From positions 682,001 through 746,000 of the forward strand of contig OZ025655.1 of the NCBI GenBank assembly GCA_964019335.1: 64,000 nucleotides of DNA, read 5' to 3'. Each line of letters opens with the position of its first letter. Within the stretch, counting starts at the first letter, position 1. Shown here piece after piece: positions 44,499 to 55,209 of this stretch. The position numbers and the translations under genes were made by a program. This DNA comes from Diplonema japonicum (Eukaryota > Protista > Euglenozoa: Diplonemea). The notes below the pieces were generated by a model. That model was not told the origin of the DNA. It was given only the letters and a program-made list of their open reading frames with translations, and did not search any database.

Positions 44499-47400
44499 CT
44501 AGTCTATCGCCCAAGAGTGCACTTCGTTCTCCGTCATGAGACCCACTTTCTCGTGGATGGCTTCCGTGTCAGCATTGCTCAGTGTATGTGCTTTGCTGTC
44601 TTGATGGTTTTTGTATGGGTGGATAAAGTTTGCTGGTTTAATATCGCGTGGGCACGCCAGCCTGCCCTCGTAGAGGTGCAGCATGTTACGCATGACTTCT
44701 CCCTTAATGCCAACTGCCTTGAAGGTTACAGGACAGTGCTTCACCTTCGCGTGCTTGGGTTTCGCAGCTATAGTACCCCTGGGTGCTTGCATCGTTGTGA
44801 GGATCGACCTTCTGGCTTTCTCAATGTGGCCCTCCCACCACGTCTTCAAAAGAGCCCGCGACCCTGGCACCTTCATAGCTGCTTCGTTGTGCAATACACT
44901 TGGCTTTCCTATGTACTGTATTGGGTCATTCTTGATGCTGACATCAGGTGCACGGTTCCTAACTTTCACTTCGGGCACTGTTTGCACCCCCCTAGTCGCT
45001 ATCTCTACTGTGTCTGTTGCCACAGCGCCCGGCCGCTTTTTGGGACTACGTCCATGATGGTGATGATGATGTTTGTCTACATAGGTTGCAGTTTTTGAGA
45101 TTTCTGCTTCCAGGTGTTTGAGCTTCCCAGTGAGCATCACCTTCTCAGCATCACTGTGGCCCAACTTCTTTTCCAAGGTTTCCACCTCAGCTTCGAGTTG
45201 TGTAGTGGACTCTCTCCGGAAGGGGAGTGTCTGGACGAGCTTGTTTTTTTTGACTTTGGCCACTGTTTGCGTGGCGACTGTGAGGGAGTTGCGCTTTGAG
45301 ATGCGGTCGTACTTTATCTGCAATGTGTTTAGCGATGTGTGCAGGCGGTTCTCTTTCGCCTGCAGGGTGTGGTTCAGGGTGACAAGTTGCCGCATCTCGG
45401 ACTGTGTCTTGCGGATCACCACGTGGCACTCACACAGTGCAACCATCATTTCATAAGCCGCGCATTCCATAAGACATCTGCAGTACTCTTCCTCTGCGAC
45501 TACATTACCACTGCTGCCAGTCATCGCTGCAGGACGTCTGATGTCTTCTATGCTCTCTATCTTTTCAAGCTTCGGGGGCACTACGACGCCATGAGGGGCG
45601 CCCTTCATGTGCTTCTCCTTTACAAGTTCCAGTATTCCACACAGCACCCCGATGAGGCTCTTGTTGATGTGGATAGCAGGCAGTAACATCTCGTTGTCGG
45701 TGCTGACGCACTTCTTTGTGATACAGTTCTTGAAGTACACCATCATCGCATCGAGCTGTTTGGACTCTTTCTCAGAAAGGGACATGTGCTGCAATGCTTT
45801 GTGCGGCACTTCATAAGGTGTGTCAATGTACACTTGGTGCATTCCTTCCTCGGAGGTGATACCCTTCAGCACCTCCATCCATTCGAAAGTAAGGTTCTCA
45901 GACTTCATAGAGGAGGCGTCGAAGAATGTCTTCAGCAGGTCAAGGAGGATCCTTGCAGCCTTGTGTGACTGTCCGAAGATGAGTTGCATCTTTTTCTGCT
46001 GTTCAGCAAGCTCTTTCCTTGCAGCGGTTCTCCTCTCCCTCTCGGCCAGGATCCTGTCTTCCTCTTTCCGTCTGTGGATCTCGTGCTCCCTGTCCTTCAT
46101 TGCCCTGTCAAGCTCCGCGCGCACCCTCTCGTCTTCCTCCTTCTGCCTTAAGAAGCGCTTTTCTTCTTCGAGCATTGTTTGAGCTACTCCAAGCTTTTCT
46201 TTCTTCTTATGGTTGAGGGTGTTCTTCTGCTTCTCTAGAGAAGCCCCTAGCTTGCTTGGAGGACCTTCTTCATTGTCTTTGTTATCTTTGACCAGGCTGT
46301 TCTCAAGGGCGCGGTAGTACTTGTTCTTGACGGCAATCGCCTCTTGTACTGCACTCGTACGTTTCTCTCGCTGCCTAACGGGAGACCTGGCCGCAGACAG
46401 CCCGACCCGGGTACCGGTACGGGCCTGTTCTCTGGCCAGCTCATGCTTGTTGTATATATCACGCACACTTTTAGGAGTCTGTGCCATGCCCTTTGGTTCT
46501 GTGTCGAGTAGCATCGTGCCATACTTGAAGGGGCCACCAAACCGCATTGCCCACCACTTCACAGTGTCCATAGGAACTCCCCACGTGTGTTTTACGACCT
46601 CTTCAAATGATAGGTTGCACGCATACTCCTGCAGCAGTGCCATCGAGGGAGCTATGCCCAGAACAGATAATGCTTTTGCAACATTCATGCACTTCACTTT
46701 GTGCACACCTCCGCTCGACCCCATGCTGGCCACCTCGTACGCCAGCCTCGCACATCGAAACTCATAACGTGTGAAGGGAGACCGCTCAATACGTGCCATG
46801 GCTGCAGTGCAGTCAGCTACGCTAAGGGCAGCAAGTTCCACATCTTCGGCAGCCTCGACGGCTTCAAGCCACTTAAGCATTGTTGCCCTCTCCATTGCTT
46901 GTGAGTCAAGAAGCTGCTTCCTTTCTTCTTCAGAAATTTCATCGGCTCTCCTCACAACGCTGACTCTGTTTCCTGCCACGTACCCAAGCTTGCTCAGTTC
47001 ATACGGGGCATTCGGTGCGTCGATCGTTGTAACCTCCTCCAACGTGTTGTTCAGCTCCTTCTCGATTCGCGTCAGCTCGTCGAGGACATCGTCTAAGCAG
47101 AAGGGCGGCCTTGTGGTAAAGTTCGAAGGATTGGGGCGCAGCACGTTGAGATGAAGTGCGAGGTCTTTGATCTCTTTTGCGGTGCAAACGGTAACAGGCT
47201 GGGAACCAGCTGGCTGTTGGGAACCAGCATCTGCTGGGGGATTGACGCATGCAGGGTCAGGGGTGTCAAGTCTCTGGTGCATGCTTTTGGCGTACACGGC
47301 ATAGTGCCCTTCCGCAGGTATGAACAGGGGGAGGTCCTCCCCCTCACAATCCCTGTGGTAGAGACGCTGTCGTGTGTTAACTGACATCACAACTCGGGAA

Positions 47401-49568
47401 CTGTCTGCCTTGGCCCACATCTTGTCAAGCGCGTCAACAGGGTCTTCATCGCACACAATGCCTGCCTGCAGTCTCAATCCCCTATAGACGCCCTTCACGA
47501 CACGTGCCTCGGGGTACTGCAAGAGACTAGGTTCCCACGGAGCCAGCATCAGGCTCCTCTGGATGGCGAAGACAGACTGCGTGGCAGTGACACCATCAGA
47601 ATAATGCAATGTGAAGCACCCCGTGCTAGGGTCATGTGCTTTAATGGACACTTGTGTGCAGTTAGTCTTCACAACGTGTTCGAAGAGCCGCAAGCCCCGC
47701 CTGCTGGACTCCGGGTCGAGCCTAGTGACGTTCTGTAATTGCCACGGGGATATCTTTACCGTGAAGACACCATTCCCAATACGAGGTGACTTCTCTTGCA
47801 CTACGGAGAAAAAATCCTCAGTAAGTGCGGTCGTCTCAGGGCGCAGCGCGGCATGCCTAGACGCAGTCTCCTTCGGCACCACTGAAAAAAGCGTGGAGTC
47901 GTTGTTGAGGAGGGCTAGTTCAGATTTGTCAGAGAAGACTCTGAAACTACCCTTCAGATCATTCAGGTACTTTGACGTGTTGGCTTCTTTGAAGGCTTGA
48001 CAACATATAACCACCTCTCCGCCCAAGGACACCCTGCTGCGGAGCGATGCCAGTGACTTCGAGGCAGCCGTGAGTGTAAGGGACATTGTTGGTGGCCCAC
48101 CATCAACGCTCTTAGGACAGCTTGACACGCCATTCACAACATCGTAGCTAATCTTGCCCACGGAGAGCCCGATGGCGGGCTGCTGCTGGTTGGGTTGGTC
48201 TTTGATGCTGGATAGAAGCGACAGTGATGCTGACAGCGCGTGCCGCGACGTGGGGTACACGAAGTAGCGTTCATCCGACTCATGCTTCATGATCTCGATG
48301 CCACTGAACAACACGGCTGCTATTCGTGCGTGATGCAAAACGACCAAGGCCGCAGAGCTCGCCTTGAGTACTATACACTGCACGGCTGCTGTTCCTAATG
48401 GTGCTGTCGGGACTACAACCCCCTTCCCTGCATTAATGTCAGAGCACCAGCATTCGCAGAAGACCTCGAAGCTCACCCTCTTGTTCTCACTGTCTTGTCG
48501 CTTCGTGGCCCTCCCGTTGGCAAACGCCATCTCATACACCGTCTCGCCGACAGGTTGGTTTGCCAGCACAGCATCTACCTCTATGAGGGTGAAAGCTGGT
48601 TGGTGTCGTTTCCCCTGGTACGACATTCCTTGCACAGCGCCTTGCGACGCCACCACGCCTCCAGGGGCAGCCATGGCGCACACAGAGATTGTCTTCGCCA
48701 CCTCTGAGCCATAGTACACGCCGAACTCGTTGCACTGCACTTCGCGAGAGGTGTGCAGGGCGGCACGCATACGGGGCGCCATATCGCCCTGCAGGGGCAG
48801 GGGACAGGGCATGTCCGCAAGCTCTTGCATGGTTTCGTGAATGAAGTCTACCGCCGATTTAGGAACCGGGAAAATACAGACAAAAGCACCGTTGCAATAA
48901 GGCTGGAGGGACGCACCCTTGTGCTTCTTGAACATTGCACTGACACTGCCACTAACAACATCGAGCAGCCAAGGGGCGTGTGGGAGTATCTCAGGGTTGC
49001 AGTACAGCTCCTTCACGTCATCCAAAGCCATGGCGACAATCCATCTGTTCTGCTTTGAGGTGCTCTCGGCAGGTGTTTCAACATGTGGAAGGACTTTAGT
49101 TTGCTTCTCAGAGGCCAGCATGCCCTCCAGGTTAAGGATTTGCTGCCGGAGGCCGCGCATCTCGGTGTGGTAGGCAGTTTTGCGGTCTTTTAAAAGCTCT
49201 TCGTTCTTCACTTCCAGCTGCTTGAGAACTTTCGCCTCGTAGCCTTTAGTCTGCTCATAAGCGCGAAGGTTGTGCCGCCGTTCAGCGCTTTTGTTCACGT
49301 ATCTGCAGATGGTGCTGTGGACGCATTTCACGTAGTTGTCAAAGAGCGCCCCGAGCGTGTGCTTCACACTAACACCGTTGATGTGAATCGCTTCAAGCAC
49401 TGTGTCGTTCAGCTCCATCCCAGCAGGGGCCGTCTTCACGTTCTGGGGAAGGAGATCGTCGGCTGATGCACCGTTCGGTTGCAGCATCAACGCATCCTGC
49501 ACGTTGTGAAGGGAGCCGCGGAGATACCGCTCAACCTCTTGTATGAAGGAAACATAATATTGCGACAT
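44499..49568 (-). CDS. Large coiled-coil protein with degenerate class III nucleotidyl cyclase-like domains
   Basis: GAFVCIF..AVDF..PRMRAALHT..YYGSEVAKT..A.PGGVVAS and a later ..GLRLQAGI segment resemble cyclase folds without the catalytic Asp residues. Confidence 0.6.
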   Translation of the reverse strand: MSQYYVSFIQEVERYLRGSLHNVQDALMLQPNGASADDLLPQNVKTAPAGMELNDTVLEAIHINGVSVKHTLGALFDNYVKCVHSTICRYVNKSAERRHNLRAYEQTKGYEAKVLKQLEVKNEELLKDRKTAYHTEMRGLRQQILNLEGMLASEKQTKVLPHVETPAESTSKQNRWIVAMALDDVKELYCNPEILPHAPWLLDVVSGSVSAMFKKHKGASLQPYCNGAFVCIFPVPKSAVDFIHETMQELADMPCPLPLQGDMAPRMRAALHTSREVQCNEFGVYYGSEVAKTISVCAMAAPGGVVASQGAVQGMSYQGKRHQPAFTLIEVDAVLANQPVGETVYEMAFANGRATKRQDSENKRVSFEVFCECWCSDINAGKGVVVPTAPLGTAAVQCIVLKASSAALVVLHHARIAAVLFSGIEIMKHESDERYFVYPTSRHALSASLSLLSSIKDQPNQQQPAIGLSVGKISYDVVNGVSSCPKSVDGGPPTMSLTLTAASKSLASLRSRVSLGGEVVICCQAFKEANTSKYLNDLKGSFRVFSDKSELALLNNDSTLFSVVPKETASRHAALRPETTALTEDFFSVVQEKSPRIGNGVFTVKISPWQLQNVTRLDPESSRRGLRLFEHVVKTNCTQVSIKAHDPSTGCFTLHYSDGVTATQSVFAIQRSLMLAPWEPSLLQYPEARVVKGVYRGLRLQAGIVCDEDPVDALDKMWAKADSSRVVMSVNTRQRLYHRDCEGEDLPLFIPAEGHYAVYAKSMHQRLDTPDPACVNPPADAGSQQPAGSQPVTVCTAKEIKDLALHLNVLRPNPSNFTTRPPFCLDDVLDELTRIEKELNNTLEEVTTIDAPNAPYELSKLGYVAGNRVSVVRRADEISEEERKQLLDSQAMERATMLKWLEAVEAAEDVELAALSVADCTAAMARIERSPFTRYEFRCARLAYEVASMGSSGGVHKVKCMNVAKALSVLGIAPSMALLQEYACNLSFEEVVKHTWGVPMDTVKWWAMRFGGPFKYGTMLLDTEPKGMAQTPKSVRDIYNKHELAREQARTGTRVGLSAARSPVRQREKRTSAVQEAIAVKNKYYRALENSLVKDNKDNEEGPPSKLGASLEKQKNTLNHKKKEKLGVAQTMLEEEKRFLRQKEEDERVRAELDRAMKDREHEIHRRKEEDRILAERERRTAARKELAEQQKKMQLIFGQSHKAARILLDLLKTFFDASSMKSENLTFEWMEVLKGITSEEGMHQVYIDTPYEVPHKALQHMSLSEKESKQLDAMMVYFKNCITKKCVSTDNEMLLPAIHINKSLIGVLCGILELVKEKHMKGAPHGVVVPPKLEKIESIEDIRRPAAMTGSSGNVVAEEEYCRCLMECAAYEMMVALCECHVVIRKTQSEMRQLVTLNHTLQAKENRLHTSLNTLQIKYDRISKRNSLTVATQTVAKVKKNKLVQTLPFRRESTTQLEAEVETLEKKLGHSDAEKVMLTGKLKHLEAEISKTATYVDKHHHHHHGRSPKKRPGAVATDTVEIATRGVQTVPEVKVRNRAPDVSIKNDPIQYIGKPSVLHNEAAMKVPGSRALLKTWWEGHIEKARRSILTTMQAPRGTIAAKPKHAKVKHCPVTFKAVGIKGEVMRNMLHLYEGRLACPRDIKPANFIHPYKNHQDSKAHTLSNADTEAIHEKVGLMTENEVHSWAID

Positions 49569-49706
49569 GCTGAGTAAGAGGTGGGCTACGTGGGAAAAAA
49601 AAAAAACAGCAAAAAAAAACTGCACCCCCCCCCCCCTCTAACGTTTTCGTTATTTTTTGTATGTTTCCTTTTTTTTTTTTTTTTTTCCCTTCTTTTTTTT
49701 TTGTAA

Positions 49707-50114
49707 CTAACTTATAACGCACGATGACGTTGCGAACATGGTGCTGGCACCGAACTCGTCGACCCTGGCAGGGTAGGCAACACCGTTGATGTCCAGCTGC
49801 TGTGGGATGCTCGCGTCGTAGCCCATAGTGTGGTTTGAAGCGAGCTTGCAGGGTATCTTCTTCCCTGTGGTCGTGAACAGAGCACACGCACCATCCTCCA
49901 ACTCTCTCTTGATGTGCACCACCCCGTAAGAGGCTGCGACTATATCCGTCGCGCCCTGGGGCTTCTTCTTGGAAGATCCCTCGCTTGGCCCTGGAAGCGC
50001 CTTCATTCCTTTACCACCATGCACACCTTGTAACATAGCGTCCCCTTGTCCATGCCGGTGGTGGTGGTGGAGGTGGCTGTGATGGTGGTGGCTGTGCCCA
50101 TGGTGTCCATGCAT
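49707..50114 (-). CDS. Small His-rich protein with C-terminal CaaX (CVIS)
   Basis: MHGHHGHSHHHHSHLHHHHRH N-terminus, globular core, ends SSCVIS*. Confidence 0.65.
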   Translation of the reverse strand: MHGHHGHSHHHHSHLHHHHRHGQGDAMLQGVHGGKGMKALPGPSEGSSKKKPQGATDIVAASYGVVHIKRELEDGACALFTTTGKKIPCKLASNHTMGYDASIPQQLDINGVAYPARVDEFGASTMFATSSCVIS

Positions 50115-50364
50115 GTAATTTTTTCCCTTTCCCCGTGTAATTCCTGGATGAGGGGGGGGTTTGACGATCATACTTGCACAACGTAAATAAATAAGGTATA
50201 AAAAGAAGGGAAAAAAAAAAAGAAAAAGAACGGAAGTGAAAAAAAAAAATGGAAATGAGGGGGTAGACCTGCATGTACCAAACTGGTTCAATGCAAGACG
50301 AGGGGAAGGAGGTCGCGAAAAATGTAGGGAAGGAAAGAAAAAAGGAAAAAACTGGGAGGGTAAG

Positions 50365-50398
<34 letters not shown>

Positions 50399-50453
50399 AA
50401 ACAGTTGACTTTCTAGAAGCCCGCGTTACATGATATCAAAAGGGGGTTCCCGT

Positions 50454-50485
<32 letters not shown>

Positions 50486-50878
50486 CGCGTTCGATGCTAC
50501 CTCGCAGGGACGAGCTGGGGGAAGGGGGCATTAAAAGCGACACCCAGCATGAGACAAAACGGAAAGAAGAAGAGAAATAAAAAGGGGGGGGGGATACCTT
50601 GCAGGGTGAAAACAACAAGTACTGTCATATTGGTCAGGGCACGACACACTTCTGGATGCCTACGTCTTCGCCCAGGCGACTTTTTCCGGTTTTGCCAAAA
50701 AATTGCCACTCTCAACAAAGTAAGCATGAGACACCCGCCGGGTAGTACCTGTGGTTTGACCGTCTTAGGGGGAAAATAAAATTCCGGGCAGCGGTTATGT
50801 ATATCTTCCCCTCTTTTTTGGTCTCCCCCCTTTTCCTTTAGTTTTCTCTTCGGAAGCCAGATCTTGTTTTGAAGGAGG

Positions 50879-50930
<52 letters not shown>

Positions 50931-52643
50931 AAGGGACCAGTTTACAGCTGTCAACCAGCCACAGCGTCGTTCGACATGCTGTGCGTACCTCACTGTTCCC
51001 CAAGGGGAGTGAACAAGTGACATATGCTGCATCTAGTTGTCCTCCATGTCCCTAAGGGACTGCTCTTGGTCGGGGAGAAGAAAGAAAAAAGAAAAAAAAA
51101 AGGTAGGGGGTAAAGAACGGACTAACCTAACAATGAATTCTGACTGCCCCAAGCGCGCGAGGAAGGGGAAAGGGGAGGGGGGGATATAATTAATTCTCTC
51201 TTATTCTTTTCCCTTTTTTTTGTGTTCTCTTTTTTTTTTCCTTCTTTCTTTTTCGGCCTCATCGCACCTTTTCTGGGGAGGGAGGGAGGGGAGGGCAAAA
51301 AAAAAAATAAATAAAAATCAAAACCCGGGAGAATTCAAAAAGCAAAAGAAAAAAAAAAGGGGGTGGTAGGGGCGCCGTCGTGATATGTAATGCAACAGGA
51401 GAGAAAAAGAAGGAACAAGAAAGGTAAATAATGCTAGGCTATTTCCTTCCTTTTTTTTGGGGGGGTCCTTTTTCTTACCTTTTGCTTCTCCTCCCCCCCT
51501 CTTTATCTCGCTAAGCGCATCTGAGACATCGTTTGATTTCTATCTTTGCACCAAAGCAGTTCGGTTTTTTGTTTATTTTTTTTTTTGAGTTACATATTCG
51601 TAAAACTGCACTAATATGCAGCAACCCTTCCCACCATGTATTGCAGCCCATAAAGGAATGGAAGTAAATCTAATATTTACCCCCTCCTTTTTTTTTTCCC
51701 GGGTTAATTCCTCTTTTTTTCTCGAGCAGTGTTGTGCAACATTCTTTTTTTTTTTTTTTTTTTTTTGGGCCCACTGCTTTCCTCCCCGAACATCAAGTAT
51801 TTTGGAAAAAAAAAAAGGAATTTTTTCTCGTAAAAAGGCTTTTTTCCCTTGTTTAATTTTCTCTCACCCCCCCCCCCCTTCTCTGTTCTTTTTTTGGGAG
51901 GGGGGGAATTCTTTTCTTTTTCTCTGTTTTTTTTCCAAGATTTTTCTGCCATTACCCCCCCAAAGGACATTGGCTCTGAAGCTCGAGTCCATAGTGGAGG
52001 TGGGCAAGATTTAAAAAAAAGGGGGGGGTGGGGAGGTGAAAAGAAAAAGCAGCAAAATAAAACTTGCGAATGGAAGAAGGTAAGGGGAATCAAGTGAAAG
52101 AAGTGGGGAAGGAAGGGGGTACAAAAAAAATGGGTTGAAAAAAAATACACAGAAAAGGGACGATACTCTGAAGAAAAAAACAAGAAGAGGCAGGAACACC
52201 CAATGCAGAAGATAATAAAATTCTTTAATTTTAAACGAGAAAAGAAATCAAATAATCTCTTCTTCAGAAATAAAGTCCCAAGTTATGTATGACAAGGAAG
52301 AAAAAAAAAATATTTAAAAAAAAATAATCTTTTTATTTAAAAAAACCAATTCTCGCTTATTACTAAAAAAAAAAAGTCTGTACTACCAGTTTTGTCCATT
52401 CTGTTGGGTGTATAGAGGCCCTGTTGCACGGGGGGAAAAGGAAAAAAATAAGGGTTAGCTTCAAAAGTTAGTTTTGAAAGGACTACATCCCTTACAGCTA
52501 TGTGCGTGCAGGCGCCAATTCGTTGCGTTTTTGCATTTTTTTTTTTATAAAGAGAACCCTTTGGGCTGGGGATAACATTGCTTTTCAACTGTGTGTTTTT
52601 GTCAGTACGTGGCCGTTAGTTCTCTTTTAATGCTTCTCTGTAT

Positions 52644-52691
<48 letters not shown>

Positions 52692-53266
52692 GGCCGCTTT
52701 AAAAAAAGGAGGGGGAAAGAGGGGCATTGACCGTACTTGTACTTAATATGGGAACTTTCGAAAAAACAATTTTTTTTGGAATTTAGGTGGAAGCATAAAT
52801 CCAGGGTGGTAGTAAGCCAAGAGTCAAAAAAAAAAGTCACCTAGGCATCGGGGTTTTTGATCTTTTTCACATTCCATATTAAGTACAAAATGCGGTAAAC
52901 AAAAAAAGGGGGGGGGGGAAAGCTCCCTGGGGAAACTGGAAAAAAAAAGAAAAAAAGAAGAAAAAAAGGAATTTTCCTTTTTTTTTTTTTTCGTTCCCCC
53001 ATCTTTTTTTTTTCCCCTCCAAAATAAAAAAAAAAATACCTCTTTCCTAACCCTCTCCTATTTTTTTGCGTGTGTAAAAAGAAAACCTCCCCAATAGGCA
53101 GAATTCCATGGTATTACATAACTTTTTTCTTCTTCTTTTTTTTTTTATCATTTCCACCGATTTGATGTTCCCTCTCCTCCCTTGAGTACTTTTTGCGGTC
53201 TCAAAGCAGAGGGGGAACTTTTTGCTCTTCTCTTTTTTTTTTTGTTGATGGTGTTTGTTGCAAAGT

Positions 53267-53311
<45 letters not shown>

Positions 53312-53825
53312 CCATTTTTTTTTGTAATTACTTGGTGGCTTTCTTTTTTTGTTTTTTTTTTTTTCTCTCTTTTCTTTTCTTTTCTTTTCTTTTCTTTTTT
53401 TTCTTCCTTCCCTTCGGGCCCACTGGAAAAAAGAAGAAGAAAAAAAAAAAAAAAGAAGAAGAAACGGGATATCTTGAGGGGTAAACATCCCCCTCCCTTA
53501 CCCTTTTTTTTTCCCCCTTCTTTTTTTTTTTTTCTTCTTTTTTTTTTTTTTTTCGAAATCTGATGAACATCCTCTTCAAAATTCGAAAGGGGGACGGGGA
53601 GGGGAAGAGAAAGGAAAAGAGAAGGAGGGGAGGGGGAAAAAAGATTTGTTTTATTCTTTTTTGTGTATACAGGGGCGCAAGAAACCGAACAATGAGGGCC
53701 ACCGCCTGTACATGCATATGACTATATTAACATTTGCCAACCAGATTTATTAACATTAGAAAATATAAAGGAAAACTCTCAGTTGAAAGGAAAAGTTTTT
53801 TGATGAGTATTGGTAGCGGCCAGTC

Positions 53826-53865
<40 letters not shown>

Positions 53866-54396
53866 AATAAAATATGAAGGAAAGATTTGACAGAACAAGG
53901 TGCTGGAGCCAATGAAGGGCACAACTCAATCCTATTTTTTTTTTTTTTTTTTTTTTTTTATTATTGCCTCATGAAAAGAAGGCAAAAAAAGGAGAAAAAA
54001 AAAGAAGAAAAAGCAAGAAACAAAAAAAAAAAAGAAAAAAAAAGCAAGGAGGCTGTGGCTCACCTTTGTGCTGGAAGGAAGACAGGAAGAAACCTTAACC
54101 ACCTGCAGTGGCGCCCGCAGAGAGAGCAACCCCGCGGGGTAAGGGGAGGGGGACATGGAGGGGGAGAAAAGGAATAAAAATAAAAAAAAAATAAAAATAA
54201 TAATAACAAGCACACCACAGTAACACGATATTAGGGACATATTCAATTTTTTTTTTTTTGATTAGAGGGAAAACAGGGATACTGGGGGAGGGTTCTTTTG
54301 AAAAGAAAAAAAAAAAAAAAAAAACACAAATGAAAAAATAAAAAAATAAAAACAGATAGACAGGGTGAGTAGAGAGACGGTGGGGTGGAAACAACC

Positions 54397-55146
54397 TCAG
54401 ACAACAATAGGAAGTGCCTGGCCTGGGTCGGTCCCTTGGGGGTTGCAGTTGTTCATCCATATCCTGCAACGGAACTGGCGGTAGCCTTCCTTCAACAAAC
54501 ACCTGAAGTCAGGGTGGGCAGCCTCGGTGGTGTAGTGGAACGTCAGCTTTTTACGGTCGAACTGGAACTCAGCCCTGTGCACTGTGATAGAGATGCCATG
54601 GCGGCTGACTTGGTGTTTGATGTACTTCATAGCGCGTGCTTCGTCCTGGACGAGGGCCTTCCAGGTTTTGACCTCTTCTTTTGTGGCAAGCCTTTTTACT
54701 TTGTTGACCTTCTTTTGGTCCATTGCCTGCTGGTACATGGGTACCACGCCCACCACCATCCCCAGGTCCGTTCCCCTGTCACCCTCGACGATGAGGTGGG
54801 TGTCGGGCTCCACACGCTCCGTGTGCTGGTACACCCCGCTCCTCCCGTGCTTGAACTCAACCTTGACTTCGTAGCCCACCGGCACTGCTGCGTACATCGT
54901 CGGCGACGGTGGCGGGCTGTCGACAGGCGTCTGCACCCCACTGCTCACACTCACCGACGCCACCAGTTGGCACCCCGCCGCACTGCTGTTCGACATGAAG
55001 CTCCCATTGCTGACCGCAGGCGACATGGCAGGGGCGCTCAGGTAGACCACCGGAGAAGCCGCAGGGTCTTCACAGTAGGGGTTGTGCCTGTACGCCAGGC
55101 GTGCAGGACTGCTCACCGAGACAACAGGGGATACTGGGTACGACAT
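54397..55146 (-). CDS. PSP1 C-terminal domain protein (kinetoplastid cycling-sequence-binding-protein-like)
   Basis: VEFKHGR..IVEGDRGTDLG..AEFQFDRKKLTFHY..DFR.L.K..F.CRIWM; N-terminal YRHNPY. Confidence 0.9.
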   Translation of the reverse strand: MSYPVSPVVSVSSPARLAYRHNPYCEDPAASPVVYLSAPAMSPAVSNGSFMSNSSAAGCQLVASVSVSSGVQTPVDSPPPSPTMYAAVPVGYEVKVEFKHGRSGVYQHTERVEPDTHLIVEGDRGTDLGMVVGVVPMYQQAMDQKKVNKVKRLATKEEVKTWKALVQDEARAMKYIKHQVSRHGISITVHRAEFQFDRKKLTFHYTTEAAHPDFRCLLKEGYRQFRCRIWMNNCNPQGTDPGQALPIVV

Positions 55147-55209
55147 TCTTTTTTTGGTGTAAGAAAATAACTGTGATGAGGGTGGTGTTTTGGTGAGCAG
55201 AAATTGCGT

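Noticed and set aside
50690-50710. U4/U5 snRNA suggested by TGGCAATTTTTTGG
   Set aside because: No U6-pairing region or U5 loop 1 sequence nearby.
50115-54396. Many poly-K/poly-F ORFs here and in other spacers
   Set aside because: Translation of homopolymer tracts.
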